A stretch of 64,000 nt of DNA from contig OZ231126.1 of NCBI GenBank assembly GCA_965153355.1, forward strand, positions 35,464,001 to 35,528,000. The letters run 5' to 3'. The DNA is from Flaccisagitta enflata (lineage: Eukaryota). Numbering within the stretch: position 1 is the first letter of the stretch; every line of letters begins with the position of its first letter. Position numbers and translations under genes: made by a program. Below, piece by piece: positions 42,213-57,306 of this stretch. A model generated the notes under the pieces. That model saw nothing but the letters and a program-made list of their open reading frames with translations, was not told the origin of the DNA and searched no databases.

Positions 42213-42531
42213 TGTGGGCAATGACCTCACCCAGACTAGCACTGCATAATGGCTTAATGCAGGATCTGCCGTCCATAAAGGAAGTTCCAGACAATCTGCT
42301 TCCGGACATGACTCGGTGGCGCACCGAGGAAAGCCTCGGCTGCATGACCACATAGTCCCCTGGGCACCTCCTTTTGGGAAGCCTGAGGACAGCTGTAAGC
42401 CACCTCAGGGGGAACGTCTCTACCCCTGTGCCTGGTTCCAAGTCCAGGACCCGAGTGCAGCACGTCTTGACCTAGCACACGTCTCTCTAGTGTCAGCCGA
42501 TGACATCTTGCGGATACGCCGTGTATCCACA
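42213..42531. mobile_element. Probable solo LTR (319 bp)
   Basis: TGTGG...CCACA ends, 4-bp TSD GGTT; empty site ATGGTTTTTCTGA at ~2328-2340. Confidence 0.8.
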
Positions 42532-44119
42532 GGTTTTTCTGAAAGCTGATGGGCAAGAGCATTGAATGAATATAGTTTCGTACCTCTAGCTGTAACTGTT
42601 GACCAAAAAGAAAAAAAGTGCAACACCTCTCTGGATTTGAACCTGTGACTCTGTAGAGAAGAATTCGCCTTTACCATCTCGCTTTTTCAGTCGTACGTTT
42701 TTAGCTGAATTTAGCCTCATTTCTGAGGTCAGATCCTTTTCTCTTCTAGCTTGTATTTTGGAACAGGAATGTAGAAAATATCTCGGCATTAATTTGCGCA
42801 AATATTTATACTTTTCTCAAGGCTAGGGAAGCTAATTTTTTAATGACTAATGAAATTTGAGCCTTGTAACTGGGTACCACTTCTTTGTTATTGTCGTTTC
42901 CAAGAATTTACGATAGTTTTTTTCTGATGCTAAGTTTAGCACTCTACCATCAGAGCTATTGCGCCACATGCAATTTAACAAAATCCATTGTCAGTTTTGT
43001 ATTAAATCACTTGGTGTGGAGTTTTACGTTCACTCAATACCTTGGACCATCAGCATTCAGAAAAACTAAAACTTTAGGTTCTTCCTTGAAACAGAGGGCC
43101 CTCTTTGTACTGCTCTTATTGCTCCCACCGTACTGTATACATCTATTCATTCTCGGTGATGGCACGTGGACCTTATCTGGGCTCGAGCTAATGCAAGAAA
43201 TCTCAAGATCGGCCCACATATTCGATGGATGATACAATGTCAGGATCGGGATTCTGATAAAACCATTCCCAATTTCCCATCACTCAAATTGAACACAATC
43301 AAATCTTGAAATTTTTGTTTGAGCTTCGATTTCTCCAAAGCTAATGGCTAAATCATTCCTCATCGCCTCCCAAGTTTGAATTTCTTCATCAATGAAAACA
43401 AAATAAAAAAAAATCTAATCTGTTTTTCGAGCAGGGAAACGGAAGATGAGCTGAGAGAGTTTGGGCCTGAAAATTTGCGTAACGTCACTATGCCTGTCGG
43501 TCAGTGGGTCCGTTCGTTGGCAAACTTCGGCATCATTTACAAAACCATTTCATATGAAAGGTGGAACAATATCCCTATGCCCAAACTGAAAAATATGGAA
43601 GAGGGTCTTGTGAGCCCTCACTGACTAGTTACTACGCGCATCACTCCTAGTTTTCATTTAGCAAAACTAACTTAACAAACATCCATTCTGAGTCTAACCC
43701 AAGTGTTGTCGGTTTAACGAATTTAGAAAGGCATTGACCGGAAACTGTGATGCCAAGAAAAGCCCGTGCGTAAGGTCAACCGACTGACGAACCTGCCTTG
43801 TAGAAAGTCAGGATCGCGCGTGAGAACTGGCGGGTAATTTGAGCACAGACTGCATAGGTGTTCAGTCACTGTTCACATTCACATTGGTGCGTAGATGATC
43901 ATTGATCACGTATAATTTTGCAGTAAAACCATAGATACCGTGTCTTGATGAAACGTCTCTTCTCCCCCCCCCCTTTTAGGATATGCGATGATCGCTTTAT
44001 TATGGTGCCCAATTACAAGCATTGGAAAAAATTATGTCCTATCCATATTAAGCACAAAAGAAGACGATAATCATTAGCCGAAAAACGAGACCTGCTGACG
44101 AGAGAAGACCTTCATTGTC

Positions 44120-44222
<103 letters not shown>

Positions 44223-44228
44223 CAAACA

Positions 44229-44329
<101 letters not shown>

Positions 44330-44999
44330 CTACAGACGCACACAGACACACACAAGTACACACACATGCAGAACACACGCGATCATGAAAACGTTTCTGA
44401 AATTTATGCTCATGACAACAAATGTTATTCCAGCGGACCATCCGCGCTTCTGCAAATACTTAATTCAGGTCGTAGATCAAGAATTTAGGAGCAAACTTCG
44501 ACAGGACGATCTAAACTAAACTCAATACTAAACTCAAATATTACGTAGCCAAGGATTTCCTTTAAGATAGTTTCCTCTTCATGGGAATACTTTCACAACT
44601 CTTATACTGAAGAATACTCTCAAAACATCTTTTAAGGCCAAGGATTTGTGAGACGGCACTGACTACTGTTATAACTACTGTTATACTACTTCACTTGTTT
44701 AAAATCTAACATACATGAGATATCGTACATATCATGGAAACCACGGAGGTTAACGTCGATCCGTTCGCAGATTACCACATGTGCCTTGATTTATATGTCC
44801 ATAGACTGTGCATGTATGGTGAATATCTAGTCCTTTGAATAAAGGCGAATCCGATCAGCCCTTTGCTATCCAAACAAATCAATTCTATGCGAAAAAATTA
44901 GAAAACTTAACTTCCAAAACAAAAAAAAACAGCCCATTCATCGAGTCCTTAGCGAAGTCGTTGAGCAAACATTGGAAACAAAATTATTTGTCGGAGAAA

Positions 45000-45603
45000 A
45001 TGATGAAATTAGTTCTCTTATTTGCTGCACTTGTCGCTTTGACTGCAGGGTACGTAATCTCGATTAGAACTTATAAGGACTAATAAGTTTAATAGTAATC
45101 ATTGGTATAATAATAGGTCGAAGGTCTGTTATGCCATAAATACACACTCCTCTGCAATTAGGGTAAACTTGAAATCTGTGGGAGTTTGTTAGTAGTAAAA
45201 TCTCAGTAAACTCGATTTATATCCAATAGAGCCAGTTCATTAGGTGACGTCAAAGATGTTAAAGATGTTAAAAGCGTCCATCCAGAAAATGAGAATTCGT
45301 TTGATGCTTGGCGAGAAAGACAAAGAATCGAAGACGTGGAAAAGATTGCGTCCGACGCATCCCGAAAGCACGCTCAGTTAACGCACATGAAACGTGGAAG
45401 AAATCTTATCCAAATGCTTAAAAGGTATGCAATAAGCTTTTTGAACATTGTGTTAGATGAACGCGACATTGACATGATTGCTTTCATGAATTCAGTTTCA
45501 GGCAGGAACAATTTATTTCATTTGTCTCCGCAGTTTATCAGCCAGGAACAAAGACCAGAGGACAAGGAAGGAAAATACAAAAGACCAGAAAGTAAGAGCA
45601 TGA
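45000..45603 (+). CDS. Second copy or allele of the small secreted protein (exons 45000-45049, 45230-45424, 45534-45603)
   Basis: Same exons and splice sites as 7406-8009; one visible amino-acid change (KRGKN to KRGRN). Confidence 0.7.
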
Positions 45604-46593
45604 AACGATTGTTCCGCGATTTTTTTTAAATCAAAGGGTGTAATCAAAGAAGCTTAAAGAAAAAAATTTAATGCAAAGTAGACAGCCAAGTGAGAGCGGG
45701 CCAACCGGGCCTGCAGACAGCCAAAATAGCGGGCCCGACAATCAAAATGTGGGTCTCGGGCTCGCGGGCCCGCTCTAAAAACAAGCCTGCTTATAAGCAA
45801 TACAGTATTGATAAAAGAAAAACCTAGTAATAATCTTTTAAAACAAGGCCGGATACACGGCTACCCCAGTCGCGTGTGGGTGGGTATTTGAGGTCACTTG
45901 ATCACTTGGGCAGGAGCAGTGAGGCCATAGACCGCAAAAAAACAAAAAAAGTGACGGACCGACGGACGGACCGACGGACGAACGGACCGACGGACGGACG
46001 GACCGACGGACGGACCGACAAAGCGGGGTGTAGAGTCGCGTAGCACGCGACTAAAAACGGCGCATTTTTTTCACTCCTTAGTATCATGCAAATTAAGTTA
46101 TACTAAAAGCTTGCTAAAACACTAGATGATGAACAATTTAGAAGAGAAGAAAAATTGTAAGGGACGGCTCCAAGAAATATTTTTCAACAGTTGGATCTTG
46201 ATTTATGCATATGAGGACTGTACAAAACTGAAGAGAAACTTACAGTAATATAAAAATCGTCCTGGTGGTTCTCAGGATCCACAGTGGATGGGAAATAAAC
46301 CACTTTATATCAAGTTAGTCAGGAGAAGAGAAACTGCAGACTTTTACTATGCGAACTACCAAAGTCATCTGATCTATACCTGACAGATCCTCATTTCTTC
46401 GTTCATTCAGAGTGACCGGTCCAGCGACTTAGACTGGCTTTGCTGGCTTTGCTGGGCTGCGCCTTTTTCTTGCTTTGCATGTGGAGATTGGAGATTGGTG
46501 GAGTAGATGACTTTTGCTCAAATTTCTTGGAAAACATGATCCTTGCTTCGTTCCTTTGAACTTGTTTCGGGAGATAACAACTAGAAAATTAAG

Positions 46594-46901
46594 CAGGCGT
46601 GTATAAAGTTGAGCATTCCCCCCCCCCAGCGGGGGGGGGGGAATAAAATCAAAGGGTTTGGAGATGGGGAAAAAAATCAAAAGCTAAAAAAGAAGAAAAA
46701 AGAAAATTTTTGAAGATTTAACACTTTTGGTAGTTCCAAATGGTTGTTTCTGATAGCTACAACACATTTTAACACTATTTGAACCTATAATATCATAAAA
46801 TCATTGACTTTGTACCGCGATGCAATGTGTCGCGGGGAAGAAAATCAAAGGCAGGGGGGGGGGGAATAAAATCAAAAGTCGCTCAATTATATACACCCCT
46901 G
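46594..46901. mobile_element. hAT-like MITE
   Basis: TIR CAGGCGTGTATAAAGTTGAGC / GCTCAATTATATACACCCCTG; 8-bp TSD AAATTAAG / AAATAAAG; empty site near 9005-9012. Confidence 0.88.
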
Positions 46902-47044
46902 AAATAAAGTTGTTGCTGTTGGGTTTGTTCTTATTTCTTTCACAATAGGCGTTCGTATGAATGGTTCGTAAGATTGGTTTTACTCTTATTTATCAGGTCG
47001 GAGACAGTGTGTAGTCGTAAATGGCACAAAGTCGGATTTCCAAG

Positions 47045-47966
47045 CAGGCCTGAGCTATATAGCATTTCTGTCAGCTATACAATACCAATACAATACTTTC
47101 AAGTATTGGGATAATACAATGTAATACCAATACAATACAATATCCATTAAAATTGTATACAATACATTATCATAGCATACAATACAATACAATATATATA
47201 TGATTTTATATAGCTTTAATAATAAGTAATAAGTAGTAATATATATCAAACTAATTATAGTTGGATGATAAAAATATAATAAAAAAAATATGATAATTTT
47301 AATCATCATATAGATATTTTATTAGATAGGAAGAGCTGAAAAATTTTTAAATTTTTTTTTCAATTTGATAAAAGTTTTATTTCATTTTTTGTTATTCTGT
47401 CTTTATCATTAGTATCTTTTCTTTTTTTTAAACTTATCTATTTGTTTCTTTTTTTGTCTAGATCTGATTCTCTTTTTTTTATCATTATCTTTCCCTGTCT
47501 CTTTCTCTCTCTTTTCTATAGATTTTTTATTTTTTTCCTCTTCCTCCTCTTCATCATTCCAGCTTCTGACCACTGATTGTTTCTTTCATAGATTCTTATT
47601 CTTCTCCTTCTTCTTTTTCTATACTTCTAACCCACTTATTCTGTCATAAGTTCTTCTTCTTCTTCCTCTTTTCATCCCTCACCCACTTTCACTCTCAGCA
47701 AATCCTCCTTTTCTCCTTTTATCTCTCACTTTCTGCACTTCTTTTGTTCTCCTTCAAACCTAGGAATGCTTTTCCTCTTCCTCTTCATCTCCTTCAGTCT
47801 TTCTCTTATATATATATCATTTTCCTCAGATCAACTTTTTTGCAATATTGTATAGTATTATATTGTATTGGAAAAATAACAAAATAAACTACATGTATTG
47901 GGAAAACCTAATACACAAGAATATTGTAAACCCAATACCAATACCCAATACAATCGCTCAGGCCTG
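47045..47966. mobile_element. hAT-like non-autonomous element inserted in the LINE remnant
   Basis: Perfect 11-bp TIR CAGGCCTGAGC, perfect 8-bp TSD TTTCCAAG; empty site at ~9147-9154; subterminal CAATA repeats. Confidence 0.92.
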
Positions 47967-50900
47967 TTTCCAAGAGGTGAGATGTGGTGTTCCTCAGGGT
48001 TCAATATTGGGCCCGATACTTTTTTTTTGTGTTAAATCAATGACATGGCTATAAGTTTGAGTTGTCGAGTCTCCTTATACGCTGACGATAGCGCGCTTAT
48101 AGCCTCTGGTAAATCTCTACGTGAGTTATCGGAATTTCTCTCTGCGGATCTAGAATCTTGTCGCAGATGGATGGTCGATAATGAACTATCTGATCTCATC
48201 ATGTTGGTAAAACCGAGGCAATTATTTTTGGTTCATGAAGGCGAATTAAATGTATAAATGATTTTTCCATAAACTATAAGTATAACTGAAAGTTACAATG
48301 CTTTAGTGAACCATGTCGACTCCGAAATAATTTTTTTATTCGCAGACACGCAACTTTATAAGAGGCTTTGTCCGTCCGTCGGTCCGTTGGTCTGTTGGTT
48401 CGTGGACACGAGTCAAAATAATGGGAAAACGGACGATTTGGGCAGCGGCCCTGAAGGGGACGATGTCCTATAGAACACAGGGGGACTTTCGTTCGTCCGT
48501 TTGTTTGTTTGTTCATCCTCCCCTCAGCCTCAAGGCTCAAATCCTAGCCTCAAGGCTCAAATCCTAGCCTTGATGCTGGAATCCCAGCCTCGAGGCTCAA
48601 GTCCCAGCCTTGAGGCTCAAATCTCAGTCCATTGGCTCAAATCCTAGTCTAAAGGCTCAAACCCTAGCCTTGATGCTCAAATCTCAGCCTGGAGGCTCAA
48701 ATCCCAGCCTTGAGGCTCAAATCTCAGCCCAGAGGCTCAAATACCAGCCTCCAGGCTTAAATCCCAGCCCAGCAGCTCAAATTCCAGCCTTGAGGCCAAA
48801 TTCCAGCCTCGAGGCTCAAATCCCAGCCTCGCAAATTCAATTGGGCAGAAGTTCCCTTGTGTTCTACAGGGCATCGTCCGCTTTGGGGCCGCTGCCCTGC
48901 TAACCATCCTCTTCAATCACCAACATACAAAGCAGGGCAATGGGTATCGCTGACCATATATTGCCTTGGGTGACTGGTTGTGTATGTGGGGGGGGGGGGT
49001 TGTGTGTGGATGGGGTTTGGATACCCCCGCCCACCCGTCCGCAACGAAATCGTGACCCCGCGCCACTTGTTTTTCGAATACCTAAACTGAGACTGAGTAC
49101 GGCCTAAAGATAAATGAGTAAATTAACACAATAATGATATGTTGCCAGGGATAGCAAATGACCAATCGACGACAACGAATTGTAACGCCTGCTGACTCGA
49201 TTACGGTATTACCTCATGTAAAACTATCATTAGAACGAGGAAATGCCATGTACATAGGCATAGCTAGATATCAATCGTGTCACATCACACGAACAAAACG
49301 TGAAAAGTAATCATCGTTGATATTCCACGTTGTAGCCATTATGAATTCAAAGAAATGATTTCGTCGCTTTTGTCGCCTCGTCTGCTTACGCGCGCGCGTT
49401 TATCGTAGTTTATCGTTTTGCTGGAAAACGGTTAGTAATGGTTTCTTTTTTTTTTTTCTTCTTTTTTCTTTCTGTGTCTTTGCAACCATCATCAAAAACT
49501 CGTTGGCATTGGAGGAAGCGTGGATTTGTGGCGATGTTGGTCGGCCGATGTCCATTTCTCTTTCACGCTAATCGCTATTTTCCCATTTTTCCTCCGCCGC
49601 CAGCTAGAGACTTTTGTTTCGATTGATAGACGCGCTTCCTTCCGGCGATATGACGACAACGACGAAAGCATGGGTGTAAGGGAAAGGGCGTCGGGACGGC
49701 AGTAGAGTCTATGGCATGATTGTTGGACGTATAATGATATGAAATAGCAAAAAAAAAAAAAAACAAAGGTCAAAGATATGCATCCTCAAGAGGAACGAGA
49801 TGAGAACAATCAATAGACACACCCTCTTATACAGATGCGAGAATGCAAGAAAAAAAGGTGAAAGAAAATTAGAAATGGAGAAATGGTGCAATTAGTTTCT
49901 ATTGAAATTGAATGAATTCTGAAAACAATTGACACGGGGTCACAATATCATTGTGGACGGGTGGGCAGGGGCATACAACCCCCATCCACACCCTCAGCCA
50001 CCCTACAGGCTTACATACACTCACACACACTCACACACACATAGACAATTTCAACGGCAGCCTAAAAAATGCGTTTTTTTGCATGGTTCAACTTAATCAT
50101 CATGGATGGACCAGCAGACCAACGGACTGACAGACGGACGCACAAAGCCTCATATGGAGTTGCGTGTCCGCAAATGAAAATAATAATCGGTGACGCCCCT
50201 GTTTATTTTTTCCTCGTACGTCCTTGAAAGAAAGATATTTGGGCTCGGAAATCGCCACAATATTTTCCCGATTAAATCGCTAAGATTGCCCACTTCGTAA
50301 CGCCTCTTTTTTCTTCTTTTGCTTCATGATAGTCCAGTTGTGGCGCTGGAGGTATTTATTGTTTTGGCGCGGTATTAGTTTCGAAATGACAAGCTTTGGG
50401 TGTGTGTGTGCGTGCGTGCGTGCGTGTGTGTGTGTGTGCGTGTGTGTGTGTGTGCGCGTGTGTGTGTGTCTGTGCGTGTCTGTGTGTGTGTGTTAAAAAA
50501 ACATCTTAGAAACGGTGCGCCCTCTTTTTACCCAAATTGTGACGGGTCTTACATACAAAGGTCATTAGCAAAAACAAAAATCCAACAAACAACTTTTCGA
50601 CTTGATCATCACGGACGGACCAAAGGACCAACGGACCAACAGACGGAGAAAGCCATAGTTTCGTTTCTGCAATCAAAAAGTTTAAGTTCCTCAAAATCTG
50701 TTCTTGCGAGACGTAACTGTTACAGTCCATGTCTGGAAGACGTATCAACGATTTAAACGAATCAATGTGCGCTAAGAGCAAGAAGTGGTGGTTCAGTGGA
50801 TTGGTATACACAAATGCGTTAAATTATGTTGTTTTTAGCTTGACGTTCGCAGAAGCGTAAGGGTGTGCCAAAAGAGGGAATTACCGTCTTCTGTTGATCT

Positions 50901-50983
50901 CATTCTCATTTCTCAAGAAATGAATTTGATTCTTGTGAAAACTTCAAAGGAAAATTCCGACACTCAGAAGTTAAACATCCTTT

Positions 50984-51017
<34 letters not shown>

Positions 51018-51181
51018 CAGTGCCACTTTCATTTCATTTTACTAAGTGTCTTCCTTTTCAAGTTTGGAAATCAATTTTCATCGAAGAATCTGCGACACCT
51101 GGTCAATCTCGTTCCTCAGCATCTCGCTCTCTCTGTCTCTGTCTCTCTGATTTTCTGTTTCTCTGTCTCTCTGATTCTCTG

Positions 51182-51222
<41 letters not shown>

Positions 51223-52776
51223 CTAGTTCTCTTTCTTTTAAAGTGGAAGGCGCAAATTGAAAAGCAAATATTCAGGGGAATAAATTAAAATTCAGAGGCA
51301 GAAGATATTCATTCATTCTTGAATTGAGATCCATTTCGATTTTGTTTCCTTTCCTTTTCCAGGCGCCTAAATGTAACATCCAGCAACAGATGCTTCCAGC
51401 TTCATTAAACTTACGACGCTGCGACAAATCGGAGCAAACTGACGCATGGGGAAAGTTAGACACTGGTTGCTATTCCTTGTTAACTCCCGCCACCAAGGAG
51501 ATATCTTTTACATACAAAAGCGGCAGGACCCCATGTGTTGTATTATTGAATATAACTGCGGCTATTCATGACTGGTCAATGAGTCGAGAAGTTTTATGGT
51601 TTTATAACGTAAAATCAGTTTCAACGCATGCTTTTTGTCTAACATCTTAGGGGTAGGAGAGATATGAAGCATCATTTATCACATCATATGATAAATGTGC
51701 AATGAAGTGCTTTATTGATTTATCTGTGTGACCAACTTGCAACTCAGCCTCAGGTATCAGTGATGATTGTGCAAGTGAGTAAGCCATGGAGAGATAGATT
51801 CTCATCTCATGGATGGATGACTGCTGTATTGCCGTGACACCGAAAACGCGTCCTTTCGAAGATTTAATGTTTTAAGGTTGTTAGTCACTATTAGGGAAGA
51901 GCTTCCTCTGCGTGTGACTTGTTGACTTCTGGACGTGTTGACGCGTGTGTATTGCATAAAAAATTTCGGGCAAGGAAAAAAAAAAGTTTTTCTTGGTTTA
52001 GAAACTTTCAGCCCTGTCATGAATGATGAACTTTTTTAGATAATCATGAAACTTGACAGTTAACTCGCTGTTTCTCAGTTAATTCGCTTCACCAATTCTT
52101 TATTTGGGCATCCTGTAATAACTTCTTGTTTTTCTTTCTTTCGATGAGCGAATATGACTCAATTAAAGGAATACAGACCAAAATGCCTCATCCCTTTTTG
52201 TGTTGATGAGACTGTTTTAGCGTGAATGTTAAACGTGATTCTCATTCCTCGTCTTTTTTCTTCGCTTGGGAATTTCCTCCGTTTTACTTCTTTCCTTCCT
52301 TCCTGTTTCTCTTTCCTCCTCATCCAGTTTCCTCTCTTCACTTCCTCTTCCCTTTTCTTTTCCTCTTCCTCCTTTTTCTCCTCCTCTTTTTCACCTTCTC
52401 CTCTTCCTCCACTTTCAGGCGACTTTCTCAATCCGTCTTTGAGAAAATGGACAAAAACCAAAAGAAATTCGTGAGAATAAAAAAGAAGATTTCTAAAAGA
52501 AGGAGAAAAAGACTCAAGTCGTATCTTTCGTGCAAATGTAAAATCATGAATTCGGTGGTAAGTAACCTTCTAGTAGCCCACATGTTAGAATTTTAGATAG
52601 ATATGAAACATTTTTTACATAGATAAGGTCAAAAAGTCATGAAGACCTACATAAACTTAACGGCGATTCCGGACGCACGGCCCAAAAGATATCGATTGCG
52701 GGTGGGTGGGGGCAACATACGGCAGGGCCGGGGCTGTATTAGGGCTGGACAGGGGCAGTTCAATCAGAAATCCCTT

Positions 52777-54800
52777 TTGGGCAGCGGCCCCAAAGGGGTC
52801 GATGACCTATGCTTTCACACATATGGGGAATTTTCTTCTCCTCCTTCTTCTTCCCCCCCCCGCCTGACGCAAATCCTACTATGAGGTCCAAATCCCAGTC
52901 TCGAGGCCTAAATCCCAGCCTCAAGGTCCAAATCACATCCTTGAGGCCCAAATCCCATTCTTTAGGCCAAAATCCCAGTCTCAAGGCCCAAATCCCAGTT
53001 TGAGGCACAAATCCCCACTTCGAGGCCCAAACCCAATCCTCAAGACCCAAATTCTATACTCAGAGCTAAAATCCCAGCCTGAAGGCCCTTATCCCAGCCT
53101 GAAGGCCTAATTCTTAGCCCCAAGCCCAAAATCTCAGTCTTTAGGCCCAAATCCCCGCCCAAAAATGCCAGCCCCAAGGCCTAAATCCAAGCCCTAAGGC
53201 CCCAATCCCAATCGCTAGAAGGAGGAGAAAATTCCTCATATTCGGGGCCGCTGCCCTGCTCCCTCCCTCACAACCGACTTGGGCAGGGCACGGGTACCGC
53301 TGACCATCTGACGCTTTTGCGACTATTTCAGTTAATTCAGCGTCATACCAGTATGCTAACTTCCTGGGGACTTATCCTCTCATTGAGTTGTTAGCAAGTG
53401 ACCAAAAATCAATGGTATGGTATAGTATGGTATGGTTTTTTTAAGGTGCACGTCTATAACCGGTCGTGTCCGTCGGTCGGTCTGTCACGCAAACCTTTGC
53501 CAATCCACTCGACGCGCCTATAGGCCTACTTGGCCTTTTGGGCAGCGGCCCCGGAGGGACAGATGACCTATGATTCCTCACAGGGTGATTTTCTCCGGTT
53601 TCCCCCCAGCCTCAAATCAGGCCTCTCAGACCCCAAATCAGGCCTGTCAAACCCCAAATTAGGCCTGTCAGAGACTCAGACCCCAAATTAGGCCTCTCAG
53701 ACCCCAAATCATTTCTCTCAGATCCCTAAATCAGGCCTCTCAGACCCTAAATCAAGCCCCTCAGATCCCAAATCAAGCCTTCCAGACCCCAATTCAGGCC
53801 TCTCAGACCCAACTTAGGCCTCCCAGACCCTAATTCAGGCCTCCTAGACCTGACTCACGCATCAAAATCAAAATCAAAATCAAAATCAGGCCCCTGAGGC
53901 CTCTCAGTCATCAAATCGGGCCTTTCAGACCCCAACTCCTGAGTGGAATCACAGGTCATCTGCCCCTCCGGGGCCGCTGCCCCTCTCACCGTCACATCCT
54001 CACATTAGGGGCATCGGGTACCGCTGACCACGTAACGCTTTTGCCTTTTTAGGTGCGCCATAGCACCTCTATAACTAGCTCTGTCTGTCGGTCGGTCGGT
54101 TGGTCGGTCTGTATTTAATACTCTGTAACGCTCGAGTTGAAAATCTCTAAAAGAAGCAAAATTCAACTGGAAATGATTCAGATATATGATATGATGATTT
54201 TTCGGTGCGCCATAGCACCTCTACAAGAGACTCTGTCCGTCCATCCGTCCGTCCGTCGATCATGCTTGAATGAAAAATCGCTAAAAATGTTTGAAATCAA
54301 TTGAAAGCTCATTTCGTTCATCATTGATAATACACATCATTTCATCCACTAAAGTAATCAGCTATGATTAGGTCTGATAGAGCTGCGGATAGATCTGATA
54401 GAGCTGGTGATAGGTCGGTTAGAGCTGGTGATAGGTCGGATAGGTCTAATAGAGCTGGGGATAGGTCTGATAGAGCTCGGGATAGGTCTGATAGGGCTCG
54501 GCATTGGTCTGTTAGAGCTCAGGATAGGTCTGATAAAGCTAGGGATAGGTCTGATAGAGCTAGGGATAGGTCTGATAGAGCTCAGGATAGGTCTGATAGA
54601 GCTAGGGATAAGTCTGATAGAGCTGGTGATAGGCCAGGTAGGTCGGATAGACCTCAGGATAGATCTGTTAGAGCTAGGGATGCGTCTGCACGTCTGATAG
54701 AGCTAGGTATAGGTCTGATAGAGCCAGGGATAGGTCTGATAGAGCTAGGGATAGGTCTAAGAATAGATAACGCCCGGCGCACCGTGTATCTGGCCTTGTT
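52777..54800 (+). mobile_element. Cluster of HINE-like elements (52777-53327, ~53440-53537, 53538-54045, 54047-54800), several with 21-bp central arrays
   Basis: Shared GGGCAGCGGCCCC...GGGGCCGCTGCCC inverted repeats with GGTACCGCTGACCA tails. Arrays include CAGGCCTCTCAGACCCCAAAT and GATAGGTCTGATAGAGCTAGG. Confidence 0.7.
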
Positions 54801-55095
54801 TTTAATATGTCAGCCTAATGGTTGGATCCAATGAACATTTTCTTCAGATGTTTAGGTTATTCATCAAACATAACACTTAACAGTTTTCCTTTGATCCTTT
54901 CGAACTGATTTTCTTTTAAATTTTTTCACCTTCCGTTATATGCACGAGTTGGGCTTTGAAAAAAATACTGACTAAGGAAGCTAATAAAGGAGCAAACGTG
55001 TGTAAAAAAAAACACGGGGAATCCGATTTTGGACTTTTCAGAGCCCTAGAAGGCTGGGTTTATAAAACAGCCAATAATGGCCTTGCATGAAAATA

Positions 55096-55524
55096 CACTT
55101 TTTTTTTATAAGAGACAGCTTTTTTGAACTCAGCCTGGGTGTTCTTGAATTTTCGTCTGTTTTCAGCCTGAAATTCTCTTAAAGTGTTCTTAATTTGTTC
55201 GATGTTTATAAATGTTAAAATTGTATAAAAATACATCATTTAGAGCAGTTGTATCTTAAACCTAATAATTGTTATATTTCTTTTAATATAATGCCGGATT
55301 TCATAGGCAAACTAAGAAAAGAAGTAATTTTTTAAGATAAACAGCCTATAATTCTGAAAAATTTGAATTAAATTCGTTTGTTAAATAAGAAACTTGAATA
55401 AAATCGTTTTTGAGAATGGCCGAATCTGAATCTCAGCCTGGGCATTCTCTTATTTTGTTCTTAAAATTTTGGCAAATCTCAGGCTCATGTCTCTTATAAA
55501 CTGGTCTCTTATAAAAAAAAAGTG
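55096..55524. mobile_element. Tc1/mariner-type MITE
   Basis: TA TSD; TIR CACTTTTTTTTTATAAGAGAC / GTCTCTTATAAAAAAAAAGTG; empty site GAAAATAGCAAAAG at ~16373-16386. Confidence 0.92.
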
Positions 55525-56812
55525 TAGCAAAAGTCCCGGGAACTATCGGTAACAAATAATTAGGAACAATAATTTTTATAACATAACCCTCAATAAGAAT
55601 TACCTTAGATTGTCCACTGGATGGCTGTGAGGCTGCAATAAAATACATACATGACTTGTGACAACATTGCTGTATAAAAGAATACATAAAAACAAAGGAT
55701 GAGAATCTTGGGAACTCTCAATGGTGCTTAATCCGGACCCCGCACAACTATCCTTTATCAATAAAAACATCACTAAAAAACCATAGCAAACATGGTCTTT
55801 CATATGCAGATAACCTACTCCCCGTAGAACCAAATGCAGGATCTCACACAGCCACTTTGGGTTGTTCCTCTAAGGGCCCTGACTCCAACAAGGTTAGGCA
55901 CTCAGGTCCTGATACAATTTCTGCACTAGTGAAAAGAGATGTTTCACCACAAATATCTTAAAAAACTATTTATAAAAAATAGCATATTGTCATAATAAGC
56001 AATAATAAAACCATATCACCACTAGGCAATATTGTAGAGAAACCATACCCTTAAAGACAGGAATCGAGTGTCAACCAACTAGGACCGCCGGCATTCCCAA
56101 GGGGGAAAATCTTACCTGATTCGACCTTTTTTCTCCATTTGGCGATGTAAACAAACCTGATTTCGTTGTAGGCTCATTTCTTTCTGTACCGTGATCGATA
56201 GAATCATAACGCCGAACTTTTGCTAGTATCTATCTCTTCCCTCTAATGCAACAAGCTAACTGATGTTTGGCGTATCTGCGGCCGAATTTGCTTTACATCG
56301 CTGACTAGCTAACTGATTGCAAATGTAAGTTGTATCTGTGCTAACTCAGACTTTGCTCGATTTGAAAAAGACAAAGGAAAACCATCAGATTGACTATATG
56401 CAAATGAGGATTTTGTTACTCATTTCTGAGCTATGATGTCCTTTTTGCATGAAACCAAACTGTAGACTATCTTCATAACTTGTGTACCAAAATGTAATTG
56501 ATACAAATTACAAGCACGAATTTTCATGCTCCAGGTCATTCCAAGTAACGTAATGATGATGGTTTGTCTAAGAACGATCTAAAATGATTTAAAACCAGAT
56601 ACTAAGTAAAAATAAACATTCAAGGAAGAAAAACAATTTAAATCATTGAAAACTGCCTATAAAATATCTAAAAACCTGATAAGTGAAACTAGGCCGAATA
56701 CATGGCACCCCAGTTGCGGCAGGGGCAGTAATGCTATAATCGCATGCAGTTACCAAAAGTGAGGGAGCGACCAACATGACTAAGTGTAGTCGCGTGACCG
56801 TGACTAAAACGA

Positions 56813-57231
56813 CTATTTAACGGAAAACTCGTCCAAATTCTCCCATTCAAAGATGACTTCCTCCTCGATTTCTTCTTCATGGTTCTCTGTGACAGACTCA
56901 AATTCCGAGAAAGCCTGAATCGCTTGCTGCAAAAGTTCGCTTGTCGTTGTCGGGATATCCAATCCAAGCTCGTCAGCTTCTGTCAAAGCGTCTTCGTATT
57001 GGAGATTCGTCAGTAAACGCTCGGCACTTCTCATCCTGGTCCCTGTCAAGTGGATATTCGATTTTTTTTCATTGTAGAACAAATGAGGCCAGATACACGA
57101 CACCACACACGGACGTTTGGGCTGGGGCAAGAATGCAAAAAACGCTTGCAGTTGCAATTCAGAAACGTTTAAGGAACTGACAGATGAATGAAGTGTGTGT
57201 GTGTTCTCACACATGCACGCACGCACACACG

Positions 57232-57306
<75 letters not shown>

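Noticed and set aside
42674..42930. B-specific ~258-bp segment as a mobile element
   Set aside because: No TSD or TIR visible; more simply a deletion in copy A.
55819..56138. Minus-strand mini gene (MEKKGRI exon plus next exon)
   Set aside because: The putative second exon has stops in all three frames; at most a very short or decayed ORF.
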